45,143 nt of DNA from Gammaproteobacteria bacterium. GTDB lineage: Bacteria > Pseudomonadota > Gammaproteobacteria > Arenicellales > JAOTWM01. The notes beneath the pieces were generated by a model. The model was not told the DNA's origin. It searched no databases and was given only the letters and a program-made list of their open reading frames with translations. Position numbers and translations under genes: made by a program. This document shows positions 20,257-30,872 of this stretch, piece after piece. Numbering within the stretch: position 1 is the first letter of the stretch; the number at the start of each line of letters is the position of its first letter. The stretch covers positions 1 through 45,143 of the forward strand of contig JAOTWM010000002.1 of NCBI GenBank assembly GCA_029862885.1. Direction: 5' to 3'.

Positions 20257-21258
20257 ATGGAAACGCTTGGTGAGTATACAGTTCAGGCGCGTTTGACGAG
20301 CGGGCCCGATGCGGAGTTAATTTTGGGGCGGTCGGCCGACGATTCACAACTGATTATCAAACGCTTGCCCATTGCCTATCGTTTTGACAAGCAGCGGCGA
20401 CAGACATTCACGTATGAGGCGAATCTTGCAAGCAAGCTCAGTCACCCCGGCTTTCGAAACCTTATCGCTTTATCAGAAATTGATGGTGAATTAGTTCAGA
20501 TTTATGACTGGGCTGGCGGTCAATCAATAGCCTCTTTGTTGACCACGTGTCGGCGGCATTATAAGCGAATACCCATTGCCATCGGCTTTGTTCTCCTCCG
20601 CCAAATAGTTGCCGCATTGGACGAACTACATAATCGGGTTGCTGAGGATGACTCGCTACCCTCGGATCTGCACGTAGCATTGCGACCGGATGCATTGAAT
20701 CTGTGCGATGATGGGCAATGTCAGATTTTACAATTCAGCCTGATCCCTCCGCCGTCGATCACTAGGTCCATTATTTACTCGGGAGAGCAGTCCTATGCCA
20801 TGTATGCGGCGCCCGAGCAGTGTGTGGCCGGACCGATACCGGATTTCCGTGCTGATTTCTTCACGCTGGGAATGCTCGGATTTGAATTATTGACATCAAA
20901 GTCATTATTTTGTTTGGAGTCAGGGGAAATGAAAATGTCGCTAGTAAATCGACGGAAAATCCGCTGTCTGCATCCGTTATTGTCCGATGTGGATCCAGAC
21001 CTCGAGAAATACGACGATGCCGTGATTGGCCTGCTTCAACCCTTGCCCGAGTTACGCACCGGTCAGCTGGATACATTTAGGAGTTCGATCACCGATGCCA
21101 TAGCCCACGGTGACGTTATGGCTGGCACGTCCGACGTATGTGCCTTTATTACCGAAATGCAAAACCTCGAGCGCGCCGAAACCCTCCGTGAGAGCGTCTC
21201 TGATAGTTCATCCAAACCAAGCATGATGAGCACAATCGCCCAATACAACGCTTCTTAG
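20257..21258 (+). CDS. Ser/Thr protein kinase-like protein, probably a pseudokinase
   Basis: IIKRL, FTYEA, HPGF, YAAPEQ and DFRADFFTLG are present. The catalytic loop reads HVALRPDA and DFG reads QFS. Confidence 0.75.
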   Translation: METLGEYTVQARLTSGPDAELILGRSADDSQLIIKRLPIAYRFDKQRRQTFTYEANLASKLSHPGFRNLIALSEIDGELVQIYDWAGGQSIASLLTTCRRHYKRIPIAIGFVLLRQIVAALDELHNRVAEDDSLPSDLHVALRPDALNLCDDGQCQILQFSLIPPPSITRSIIYSGEQSYAMYAAPEQCVAGPIPDFRADFFTLGMLGFELLTSKSLFCLESGEMKMSLVNRRKIRCLHPLLSDVDPDLEKYDDAVIGLLQPLPELRTGQLDTFRSSITDAIAHGDVMAGTSDVCAFITEMQNLERAETLRESVSDSSSKPSMMSTIAQYNAS

Positions 21259-21331
21259 GATCCACGAATAGCACATATTGATATTCACCTATTATTAGGC
21301 CCGTGCTTGGCCATCGACTCAGATATAAGTC

Positions 21332-22114
21332 GTGCTCGTATTCATCACCTCAATTCGCCATCCGCGCAACTGCAATTCCTACGACCGAGTCGTGCAGTTG
21401 TTGGACCAAACCCTTAATTCCGTTTGCGCGCAAACAAGCATCAACTACCATGTGGTGGTTGTCGCTAATAAGACACCGGACCTCGTCGACAGAAAAAATG
21501 TTCATTTCGTTGAAGTTACGTTCCCCCCTCCGAGTGAACTGGAACAACCCAATACAGGAATGCAGGCAATCAGGGTCGACCGGGGATCAAAATATGTAGT
21601 AGGGCTGATTTATGCGAAACGATTCATGCCGGATTACATTATGTTCTTCGATGCTGATGATTATATCAGTCGGCGGATCGTGGAATTCGTGGAGCAGAAT
21701 CCCACGGAAGACGGTTGGTATTTTGAGCATGGTTATCGTTACAAGTATGGGTCGGATAAGGTAACTCTGCTTGACGAATTTAACAAAGCTTGTGGAACGA
21801 GCCACATTATCCGTTATTCCCTATTTGAAATACCGAAGGAACTCACAGTCGGGTCGCCGCTATCTTCGATTGAAGATAAGATTGACAGCCGCTACTTGAA
21901 CTTTACGCTCGGTAGTCACCGATTTGCTCGTAGGCAATTTCGGGAGATTGGCGTAACGCTCAGCGCGCTACCGTTCCCGGGCGCCGTCTGGGTCCTGGGT
22001 AATGGTGAAAATCATTCCGGCAAAAAGGGGCGCCCCGGCGATCTTCCGTTGACGGACCGGATTCGGGAAGAATTCACCCTATATGAGCCCGCAACCATCG
22101 CCCCGACGGACTAA
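21332..22114 (+). CDS. Glycosyltransferase, GT-A/family 2-like
   Basis: TLNSVCAQT, YIMFFDADD (DxD), CGTSHII, GNGENHS. Confidence 0.75.
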   Translation: MLVFITSIRHPRNCNSYDRVVQLLDQTLNSVCAQTSINYHVVVVANKTPDLVDRKNVHFVEVTFPPPSELEQPNTGMQAIRVDRGSKYVVGLIYAKRFMPDYIMFFDADDYISRRIVEFVEQNPTEDGWYFEHGYRYKYGSDKVTLLDEFNKACGTSHIIRYSLFEIPKELTVGSPLSSIEDKIDSRYLNFTLGSHRFARRQFREIGVTLSALPFPGAVWVLGNGENHSGKKGRPGDLPLTDRIREEFTLYEPATIAPTD

Positions 22115-22235
22115 GGTGGTTTTGTTTGTAATCATTAATAATACCTCCATCATCGATTTTGCCGGATGCGACTCAATATTATTGGGTTGTGTGTGGGCCC
22201 ACATCGAGTAGATTTAGAGTGGCTACTAAACCACA

Positions 22236-23804
22236 ATGAAAACGGCCTTCATTTCCTGCTTCGAAGTATCGGTTAAACGACCGCCAATTCACACGATCTT
22301 AGTTTTTTTGGCACTTAGTTTGCTCTCTTGCTCTAGGTTCGCTGCGGCAAGTGCGGCTGACGGTGAACCTGGCGACTTAAGTTGCGAGGGCTGCAATGTA
22401 CTGTTTTTAAACCTGGACTTTTTGAGGTCCGACTATACTGGCCTGATAAGTGACAGCAAGCACACGCCGAACATTGATCGGTTCTTCAAGAACTCGATCA
22501 TTTTTGAGAACGCGTTCTCGCCGGCGGGATCCTCGTATCGCGGAAACCTAGCCGTATTAACCGCGACGGACGCGCATATATACGGAGTCGATGTTCAAAG
22601 CTTTCATTTACTTAAGGCAAGGAAACAATTAGGGCCCTGGAAGAAGATCTATACCTATCATAAGACGATCGCCCAAGTGCTGTCTCGGCACGGGTACCGA
22701 ACAGTGAACCTGAATAAGGGCACTCGATCGGGACGCGGCACTTTTCTCGACCGTGGCTTTGACGAATATCAGCAGTTTCATATAAGGCTGACGATCGAAG
22801 ATCTCCTGCCGCCACTGGAGACGCATATCCGATCGACCCAAAAGCCATTCTTTATTCTATTCCATGCTGTACCTACTCGACTACACCGGGCATTTTACCC
22901 GTTAAATCGCGATCGAATTCTTGATAAGCATATTATTTACCAAGAGTATTCGATTCAGAATAGACCATACGGATACAAGGTGATACGTGACAGAAGTGCG
23001 TCTCCGCAAATACAACGAGAGACAGAACACAAGATTTATATGCAGCAATTGAAATATGCTGATGATACTCTCTCTAAACCGTTCGACATGCTGAGGGAGT
23101 TTGAACGCAATACTATTATCGTCTTGTATTCAAATCATGGAACACAGATCGGCGATAAGGGAATTTATGCCTCAAATGGCGTCTCATACCAGTCATCAGT
23201 TCGCGTTCCGCTGATGATAAAACATCCTAAGGTTAAGACACCTATGCGAATTGCTACGACAATTTCGCTCGTCGATCTTGTGCCGACGATCTATGAAATG
23301 TTGGGCGTGTTCAAACCCGGGCACTCAACTGGCCAAAGTCTAATTCCACTGATAAACGGTGAGGAGTATTACAAGGACTACATCGTTGGGAAAAACGATC
23401 CAGACGAATATATTCTGTCTGGAAAATGGAAGCTTATTATTCGATATCACAAAGAACGGCGGCTTTATAATCTTAAAGTCGACCCATTAGGTCGCGAAGA
23501 CCTTTCCGAAAAGCGGAAACTTATCGCGCGCAGGATGGAGTATCAATCGGTTATGGACCTGGACGAGAGTAAAACTATCGTCAACGACGAATGGAAACTT
23601 ATACTGACGCAGAAGAAGAATCTGGAACTATACGACCTTGACGCCGACCCTGACGAGTCCACTAACGTGGCGGCGGACTACCCAGAGGTTACCCGTACGC
23701 TTGAAGACAAGCTCATCGAATTCAAGCATCAAGCGAGACAACGGCGCATCGATATTATCGGAGACACGCTGAGAGATGGAAGTACAGGACAAGACGAAGA
23801 CTGA
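22236..23804 (+). CDS. Sulfatase-like hydrolase/transferase (non-canonical active site, duplicated C-terminal module)
   Basis: Signal-like N-terminus, CEGCNVLFLNLDFLRSD, TPNID, SNHG, VPLMIKHP, LVDLVPTI. No CxPxR. Confidence 0.8.
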   Translation: MKTAFISCFEVSVKRPPIHTILVFLALSLLSCSRFAAASAADGEPGDLSCEGCNVLFLNLDFLRSDYTGLISDSKHTPNIDRFFKNSIIFENAFSPAGSSYRGNLAVLTATDAHIYGVDVQSFHLLKARKQLGPWKKIYTYHKTIAQVLSRHGYRTVNLNKGTRSGRGTFLDRGFDEYQQFHIRLTIEDLLPPLETHIRSTQKPFFILFHAVPTRLHRAFYPLNRDRILDKHIIYQEYSIQNRPYGYKVIRDRSASPQIQRETEHKIYMQQLKYADDTLSKPFDMLREFERNTIIVLYSNHGTQIGDKGIYASNGVSYQSSVRVPLMIKHPKVKTPMRIATTISLVDLVPTIYEMLGVFKPGHSTGQSLIPLINGEEYYKDYIVGKNDPDEYILSGKWKLIIRYHKERRLYNLKVDPLGREDLSEKRKLIARRMEYQSVMDLDESKTIVNDEWKLILTQKKNLELYDLDADPDESTNVAADYPEVTRTLEDKLIEFKHQARQRRIDIIGDTLRDGSTGQDED

Positions 23805-23862
23805 GGTTTTTCCGGCACTACGTCATTGAGATCTAATCGTCTTGATATGGTAGGCGAGGATT

Positions 23863-25257
23863 ATGATGCCCGCTAACGCCAGTCTACAAATGGCTGCGGC
23901 ACTGATTGCCGGCGCATTACTGTTTGTATCGGGCTCCAGTAGCCGAGCCGACGGAGGAACCGATAGCCCATCGGTAGACGGCCAAGTAACGGGCAGCGAA
24001 TCGCTGGCAGCACTTGATTTATCCTGCCCCAATTGCAATGTGATTCTGCTCAATATAGAGCTGCTACGAGCGGATCACGTGGGATTGCTTAGTGGATCTA
24101 CGGATAGCGCAACGCCCAACATCGATAGTTTTTTTGGTCGCTCTATCGTCTTTGAGCAGGCATCCGCGCCAGCGGGTGAGAGTTACCGGAGCAATCTGGC
24201 CGTACAAACAGCCATGCACGCGTTTCACTATGACGCCGATCAGAGTGTTATCGATAAATTTGCGAAGCGTGGTGCCAAGGCATTACCACCTGAAGAGGCG
24301 CGGAAGATGGTGGCGATGCTTACTCGCTACCCGACGATGGCCGAAGTATTGAAGGAAAATGGTTACCATACCGTAAGCCTTAACCAAGGCATTCGTGCGG
24401 GGGAGCGATTGTTGCTTGACCGGGGTTTTGATCAGGCGATCGAATGGGGTCGCCGAAATACTTCATTTCGGGATACGGTCGCGGATCTTGGGAAGCGGCT
24501 CAGTACCGCTGATGGGAAATCATTTATTTTGTATCGTCCCGAAGGCCTCCATCCTTACCCCTACTATTATCCACCCGATCGACCGCGCGTTATCCAGGAA
24601 AATAAGATTCTTTATAAATATCGCCCGAGGTTCGGAAGGTTCAATGTCACGTTTAATGTGGCACTGCCCCAGCCCGAGCAGAGAAAGATTCATCGTTTGA
24701 TCTACCGCCAGCAGCTTAAGTACATCGATGAGGAACTGGGTAAGGTATTTGGGTTAATCAAGAAGGAGCAATTGAACCGATCCAGCGTAATTGTTTTGTA
24801 TGCGAATCACGGTAGCGGGTTAGGCGATAATGGCGTTCATCGACTGGCCGTATCCTACCAATCATGTATCCACGTTCCCTTAATAATATATCATCCAAAG
24901 ATAACTCGTCAGATCAGAGTATCTGACCCAGTAGCCCTTATTGACCTGGCGCCCACTATCTATGAGATCGTCGGTGCAAGTAATATTCCGCAATCTGACG
25001 GGCATAGTTTGATTCGTGACGACAGCACCAATAAAACGGATCTCATTGGTCGCAACGACATCGACGAATATATCCGGATGGATAATATGAAGCTAATAAT
25101 AAAGAATGCCGTTCAACGAGAGCTGTATGACTTACGTGTAGATCCTCATGAGAATGACAATTTGATCGACAGTTTACCTTCAGTAGCACGTCGACTGGAA
25201 GCGATTCTGCTGGCGAGGAAGATTCAACTATTGCAGAATGCACCCGAACGGCATTGA
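23863..25257 (+). CDS. Sulfatase-like hydrolase/transferase (non-canonical active site)
   Basis: Signal peptide, CPNCNVILLNIELLRAD, TPNID, ANHG, HVPLIIYHP, LIDLAPTI, ELYDLRVDPHE. Confidence 0.8.
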   Translation: MMPANASLQMAAALIAGALLFVSGSSSRADGGTDSPSVDGQVTGSESLAALDLSCPNCNVILLNIELLRADHVGLLSGSTDSATPNIDSFFGRSIVFEQASAPAGESYRSNLAVQTAMHAFHYDADQSVIDKFAKRGAKALPPEEARKMVAMLTRYPTMAEVLKENGYHTVSLNQGIRAGERLLLDRGFDQAIEWGRRNTSFRDTVADLGKRLSTADGKSFILYRPEGLHPYPYYYPPDRPRVIQENKILYKYRPRFGRFNVTFNVALPQPEQRKIHRLIYRQQLKYIDEELGKVFGLIKKEQLNRSSVIVLYANHGSGLGDNGVHRLAVSYQSCIHVPLIIYHPKITRQIRVSDPVALIDLAPTIYEIVGASNIPQSDGHSLIRDDSTNKTDLIGRNDIDEYIRMDNMKLIIKNAVQRELYDLRVDPHENDNLIDSLPSVARRLEAILLARKIQLLQNAPERH

Positions 25258-25286
25258 CTCACAATCACTGATTCTAGCCTGACTTG

Positions 25287-27362
25287 TCAATTCATAATTT
25301 CTTTCAGTACATGACCTTCAACAAACTCTGGTATTTCCCTGCCAAGCAACGACATGATAGTTGGATATTGATCCACGTGCTGAATAGGAGTCTCAATTTC
25401 ATAATTGCTCTTGATGCCGGGGCCCATGACGATGAAGGGCGTCCACATACCACTTTGATCGTCCGGTAACACGGCCTGTTTGTATCCGCTTGTTATAGAT
25501 GCGACGAAACTTTCAAGGTTCTGGCTAATATCCTCCACCCATCCATAGCCGACGTTGTTGGCAATTATCAAATCACCAACTCGATCGGGCGGTAAACCAA
25601 CAGACTCAGCGTCTTCCCACTTAGTAACACGGGCCAGCGGTTCTACTCCGGATTCATCCCTCAAGTCCTCAAGAATAGTAATTACATCATTCCTAAGCTG
25701 CTCATACTTTGGACCTGACGCACGCCTATAGTTTCCGCCCAACCCGGCGGGATTTATATAGATGTTATCCATCTTAAGAAACACGACCTTACTGTCTCGC
25801 CAGTTTATTTTATAGATCCCAGTGGACTCATCATATGAGTACTTCAGTAGCCCCTCTTTGGCGAAAATATTATTCAGTCTTACCTCAGTGTTTAACGGCA
25901 CAATTCCGTGATCCGAACTCAATATCACATAAGCGTCACCGTCAACTCGCTCCAATATTTCTCCAATAATTGCATCGATACCTTTGTATAGAATCTTCAC
26001 TTCTTGCCACAGCTTCTGCCGCTCTTCTTCGGTTATCTCGTTGTACCGGGTACTTTTTGGGTCAAGATAACCAAGCCACCAACGGCTAGTTAACATCTGA
26101 TTGGGTGTATACACATCGTGTATAATGACGTCGCTGCCCGTTTCTTCTATTAGGTAACCAGCTGCCTCCTTATGCCATTTAATACTCATCGCCGACTCTT
26201 CTAGAAAAGTTGATTTATCTTCATCGTAATAAATCAACTGTGGTGGAAAATTATCCGCGAAATCTACCATAGGACCAATTGACTCGCCCATGCTTGAGGC
26301 AATATGCGCCGGCTTTGTTACGTATTGGTTCATGTTGTCATATAAAAAACGAATCCGGAAAAAATCCTTTTCGCCAAGTTTTATCACTTTAACCCTTGCC
26401 TGAGTTTTGACGTCTATAGTTGCCAGTTCGCGCTCCCAATCCATCTTTTTGGGGCTAGTGATTTTGTAATCGTTATTGGTTTGATACTGAACAGTAAGGG
26501 GGGTCCAGTCGCTCCATTCGCCGACTCGTACCCGTGTCCATACATTATTTTTATCTGGGGAAAACAACACGCTATCGTAATTCTCCACTGAGTCATCGGT
26601 AGAATCGTAAATCAATCCAAACATGCTGGCACCCCAGTTGGATAGCAGCACTTCCCTTGCGGGACTGAAGCTTTGCGGGAGCGCGATCTGCCAGTCGGCC
26701 GGCTTCGCAACCGAGACGAATTTGGTCAATTCGGAACCAAGCTCAAATAGGCGGTTCCGGTGTCCCAGCGATGCACGTATATCGGTGTCCGTATTCGTGT
26801 GAAAGTTTATAGCGGGAAAATCAAGTCCCCAGCCGCCCCATCGGCCGCGAATCGTAATGCCGCGCGACAATTCCGGCGGCGTCGAGCCAGGAACGGATAG
26901 TAAGGTAACAACATCGCCTGCCTTTTCTAGTGTGAACCAGATCGGTGGTACTTTCTTGGCAACGGAGCTAAAACCACTTTTCGAAACGACATTAAGTGGA
27001 TAACCGCTTATCCGCATTGGTCCATCAGCGACACCATGGACTTTGGGAGTTGCACCCGTCAGTAAGGTGGCGAAATTGGTAGGCGTATGGCCTGGGAATA
27101 CCGGCACCGAATAACCGTAAGATCCACGATCCATCATCTTCTTGATATTCGGCAACTCGCCGTTGCTGGCCCACTCGAACACCTTGAAGACATGAGGATC
27201 TGCCCGAAAGCCATCCGGGATAAACCAGTACAGACGAATGGACTTTGCGACCGAGGGCGAATGATCGCCCACCTTAAGATTATCGACATCTGGAAGATTC
27301 CGGATGACTAGACCAGCAATTAGCGCTATGGCGATTGCTGCCGCGACAATGCGCCTATCCAT
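25287..27362 (-). CDS. Alkaline phosphatase superfamily / type I phosphodiesterase-nucleotide pyrophosphatase protein
   Basis: N-terminal anchor, IPDG, HTPTNFATLLTG (Thr nucleophile), LSSDHG, GPGIK, VDQYPTIM. Start placed at ATG 27362. Confidence 0.82.
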   Translation of the reverse strand: MDRRIVAAAIAIALIAGLVIRNLPDVDNLKVGDHSPSVAKSIRLYWFIPDGFRADPHVFKVFEWASNGELPNIKKMMDRGSYGYSVPVFPGHTPTNFATLLTGATPKVHGVADGPMRISGYPLNVVSKSGFSSVAKKVPPIWFTLEKAGDVVTLLSVPGSTPPELSRGITIRGRWGGWGLDFPAINFHTNTDTDIRASLGHRNRLFELGSELTKFVSVAKPADWQIALPQSFSPAREVLLSNWGASMFGLIYDSTDDSVENYDSVLFSPDKNNVWTRVRVGEWSDWTPLTVQYQTNNDYKITSPKKMDWERELATIDVKTQARVKVIKLGEKDFFRIRFLYDNMNQYVTKPAHIASSMGESIGPMVDFADNFPPQLIYYDEDKSTFLEESAMSIKWHKEAAGYLIEETGSDVIIHDVYTPNQMLTSRWWLGYLDPKSTRYNEITEEERQKLWQEVKILYKGIDAIIGEILERVDGDAYVILSSDHGIVPLNTEVRLNNIFAKEGLLKYSYDESTGIYKINWRDSKVVFLKMDNIYINPAGLGGNYRRASGPKYEQLRNDVITILEDLRDESGVEPLARVTKWEDAESVGLPPDRVGDLIIANNVGYGWVEDISQNLESFVASITSGYKQAVLPDDQSGMWTPFIVMGPGIKSNYEIETPIQHVDQYPTIMSLLGREIPEFVEGHVLKEIMN

Positions 27363-27553
27363 AAATCGCGATACCAATCGGAAAATCGAAATTCGACATG
27401 CTAATTTTATCTGTACTCTCCCCCGAACTAACGATGACGTAGTCTGGGTTAGTTTGTACAATAAGAATTACATAATAGTGGCCACCGTTTCGCTTCGCGA
27501 AATCCAAAAATCGCAACGAACTATCGGCTAAATTTTGAATCAGCAGTCTAATT

Positions 27554-28471
27554 GTGACAAATATCTTCGGAATTCCAATTGTTATCGCAATCATTTTGGG
27601 GATTATCTTCCCATACACCGCTATTTCGTTAATGCCATACGGTGTTGCTTTTCTCTTTATACTGATGATGTCCGCAGGAATTACAATCGATTGGCGTAAG
27701 TTACGATATTTTACCTACCGCTTACCGGAATTGCTTATCGGACTAGTATTTTTATTTGCCATATTCCCAATAGGTCAATGGTTGATCGCTCGGTGGTTAG
27801 TTACCGACGACCAGTTTCTATATGGTTTAGTGTTTGCGTCGCTGTGTCCTGTTGCAATTGTCGCGCCGTACTTCAGTAATTTGATTGAGGCCGACGATGA
27901 ATTTGCGTTCGTCCTGATGATCTGGTCGATGATTCTTTGTCCGCTAATTGCGCCTATTATGTTGAAGATCTTACTGCAACCGTCGGTCGCTCTCAACGTG
28001 TTACCTCTTACCAAATACATGCTTCTCCTGGTGACTACGCCAATCGCATTGAGCTATGCGATAGATCGAGTATTCCCGAGGTGCAAAGTGATCTTACGAC
28101 CACTTTTGGGACTATTAAATATGGGTAGCCTAAGCGTCCTGATATTTATCCTTTTCGGCACTGCGGTGGGCCGCTTGAATCTTCACTACACCCCCATAAA
28201 TGACTTGTTTGTCTTGCTTTTTTTAATGTTTCTGCAAGATTTCGGGGTACTAGTCGTGGCCCGTCGAATATTCTCCTTCTGGCTTAGCCCTGAAATCGTC
28301 GGAGCACTTTCAATATCGCTGTCGATGCGAAACGTTGCCATAGCGGCGGGGGTGCTATTATTTTATGATCCCAAAGCGTCTTTTCCTGCGGCATTGGGCT
28401 TCATAGCCCACGCATTCTTGTTCACGTTCATTTCGATGCGCCGCAGGTCCAAGTGGTTCCGCCCCGTATAA
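27554..28471 (+). CDS. Bile acid:sodium symporter (BASS/ACR3-like) family transporter
   Basis: Multiple TM segments with LCPVAIVAP and SMRNVAIA motifs. Confidence 0.7.
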   Translation: MTNIFGIPIVIAIILGIIFPYTAISLMPYGVAFLFILMMSAGITIDWRKLRYFTYRLPELLIGLVFLFAIFPIGQWLIARWLVTDDQFLYGLVFASLCPVAIVAPYFSNLIEADDEFAFVLMIWSMILCPLIAPIMLKILLQPSVALNVLPLTKYMLLLVTTPIALSYAIDRVFPRCKVILRPLLGLLNMGSLSVLIFILFGTAVGRLNLHYTPINDLFVLLFLMFLQDFGVLVVARRIFSFWLSPEIVGALSISLSMRNVAIAAGVLLFYDPKASFPAALGFIAHAFLFTFISMRRRSKWFRPV

Positions 28472-28540
28472 GGTAATTTCGCGTTGCAGGCAGAGTGTGC
28501 GACGCTTGCGTAGGAACTTAGCTCGCCTGGCTATTTGCGG

Positions 28541-29176
28541 TTATGGCCTCCACCTTCGCATGCTCGGAGGACCATGCGACGGAGATTTTCTCTTCACATT
28601 TGGGTATGGATTGCGAGAATCCAACTCCAGAAACTCGGATAACTTCTCCGCTTTATTCGGATCCGAAAGATCGATGGCCAGTAATTGGTCCGAATAATTC
28701 ACAAAGAATGATAGCACCTCGTCGACATGCTGCCGGTGGATATTTTGCAACAGCACGCGATCCTTGGCGCTGACAACCGATAGTTCCGAGGACGCATAGT
28801 TGTTATACTGAAGATACTCGTAAGGATCGAGTCGCCTAGTTCTTCGGTTCTTTAGTTGCCAATGTCGCGCCACAGATTCCCACCATTGGTCGCTATCCCG
28901 GGTAACCAATACGAATCTGCTCTCCTTGTAGCGTCGGTGTAACTCCGTATACAAAGCAGGGAACGGTACATCGGTAAAAGCGTCATGCGATTCGATTACC
29001 GGTGCTAGGGTATCGACCACCAGCTTCTTGCTGGTCAGGCATGTGCCGCACATTTTTTCGTAATTAACGCCATTCACCGAGTGCGGCCAATGTATGGAGC
29101 GAAATCCCACACTCCGAAAAAAACGATTCAGACTTTTGGTTCCTGTTTTCTGAAACCCAATACCGAATACCTTCAT
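28541..29176 (-). CDS. Sulfotransferase family protein (P-loop type)
   Basis: MKVFGIGFQKTGTKSL, AFTDVP, FVLVTRDSDQWWES. Confidence 0.8.
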   Translation of the reverse strand: MKVFGIGFQKTGTKSLNRFFRSVGFRSIHWPHSVNGVNYEKMCGTCLTSKKLVVDTLAPVIESHDAFTDVPFPALYTELHRRYKESRFVLVTRDSDQWWESVARHWQLKNRRTRRLDPYEYLQYNNYASSELSVVSAKDRVLLQNIHRQHVDEVLSFFVNYSDQLLAIDLSDPNKAEKLSEFLELDSRNPYPNVKRKSPSHGPPSMRRWRP

Positions 29177-29341
29177 GATCTCACATCAAAAGAAGATGGT
29201 TGAAGCGGCGAGCACCGCCCAAAGACAATAACCCATTCCACATGCCGAGCAATAGCCCTTGACGGTCCAAGTCCAACTTTAGAAAATGAGCTGCAGACAT
29301 CTGCCACGTGTATTTCGATCGCGAACCCCGTCCACGAAGCA

Positions 29342-30088
29342 ATGATTTCCAAGAAATTCAATTGCCTGTTTGTCCATATACCCAAAACCGCAGGCGAAAG
29401 TATAGAGCGATATTTCATGAAGTTACAGAATCTAACCTGGAATGAACGCTCCGAATTGCTAATTAGCAGGAATCATGACGTGGACTCCGGCCCACCTAGA
29501 TTGGCCCACTTGATGGCCTCCGAGTATCTTAATTACGGTCACGTGGGTGAAGTGGAATTTCGCGATTTTTTCAAATTTGCCATCGTTCGCAATCCCTGGG
29601 AAAGATTAGTGTCGGAATTTTTCTTTAATCACTACGGCCGTTACGAGTTTAAAGTATTTATCTTTGACAGATTCCCAACCGCGATCGACGACGATTACAA
29701 GACGGGATCCGACAGATTTCGTCACATCATACCGCAGTACGATTTTCTTCACGACGAGGAAGATCGGTGTCTGGTCGATTTCATCGGCAGATTCGAGTCG
29801 TTGGGTTCGGATTTTGAAAGGGTCTGCCGACGCCTGAATTTGCCGGTAAAACCGCTAGAGAAACTAAACAGCTTCGAGCGGTTAATGGTACGTCGGCTTC
29901 ACAAATCTGGAAAGCTCAAGACCGGCCAGAAAGTCCAAGTCGAGAAACCGCATTATTCTCAATTTTATGATGACGAGAGTCGAGAGTGGGTGGCAGAGAT
30001 GTACGCAAAGGATATAAAAACCTTCAATTATCAATTCGAGCGGGGTGCCAGGGGTACACGTCCTGTCGTCCGAGTGGTGCGCAACTAA
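29342..30088 (+). CDS. Sulfotransferase family 2 protein
   Basis: FVHIPKTAGESI, VRNPWERLVSEF, HIIPQ, DFIGRFESL, YAKDIKTFNYQF. Confidence 0.87.
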   Translation: MISKKFNCLFVHIPKTAGESIERYFMKLQNLTWNERSELLISRNHDVDSGPPRLAHLMASEYLNYGHVGEVEFRDFFKFAIVRNPWERLVSEFFFNHYGRYEFKVFIFDRFPTAIDDDYKTGSDRFRHIIPQYDFLHDEEDRCLVDFIGRFESLGSDFERVCRRLNLPVKPLEKLNSFERLMVRRLHKSGKLKTGQKVQVEKPHYSQFYDDESREWVAEMYAKDIKTFNYQFERGARGTRPVVRVVRN

Positions 30089-30091
30089 CTT

Positions 30092-30676
30092 CTAATACTT
30101 ACAGTCGATCGTATCGACAAGGGGAGCTCTGGCACTACCACTGTCTAAGGATCGAAAGTGATCGATTTCGAACATTGTCGTGTAATCAGCACAATACAGG
30201 AATGCGTTAACGGCCGAGTATTTAATATCCTCCTCCGAACATGCGCCGGCGGAGAACCTTTCGTTCGCAAATCCAACAAAGTAGCGCAGGTGCCCACCAT
30301 CGACTGCCTTCTCGAAGAATTTCGGCTTAAAGCTATCGGGGCACTCAATATATTCGGTGTGCTGCCCTCGGTACCCTACTCTCTGCTTCTCAAATAGAGC
30401 GCGGAATACGGCGACTTTCTGTACGATCAGCGCATCAGCTACGGACTGATCGATTCCGGTAACCTCCGTCACATTTAATTTTTCGTTCTCGCCAAGATAC
30501 TCTAAGAACGCGATATTGTCCCCATAAGTTGTACGGGAGAATCGGTATCCCCAGAACGAATCGCCCGCCGGGAGAGCGTCGCCTCGCTTTGTGTAATAAA
30601 CCAACACCAGACCCACGGTCGCGACGAGAACGACAATCGGTAATGCTATGACCAACAGTTTGCGTCTCAGAGTCAC
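30092..30676 (-). CDS. Hypothetical membrane-anchored protein
   Basis: N-terminal TM helix followed by a soluble domain with four cysteines. Confidence 0.7.
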   Translation of the reverse strand: MTLRRKLLVIALPIVVLVATVGLVLVYYTKRGDALPAGDSFWGYRFSRTTYGDNIAFLEYLGENEKLNVTEVTGIDQSVADALIVQKVAVFRALFEKQRVGYRGQHTEYIECPDSFKPKFFEKAVDGGHLRYFVGFANERFSAGACSEEDIKYSAVNAFLYCADYTTMFEIDHFRSLDSGSARAPLVDTIDCKY

Positions 30677-30872
30677 GATGGCTATAAGTTGGGAATCCGG
30701 GAGGTTATATGGCCTCTAACGATAGTTTTAATCGAGTCCGTGGCGTTGTCGGTCAAGATGCTACCGGTCGACTCGTGATGTGGGACGAAATGCGGACAAG
30801 TAGTAACTATTCGGTGGTGTCCTTTACCGAAGGCCATACAATTCGGCTGTCATAGACTGGGCCTGTACGCAC

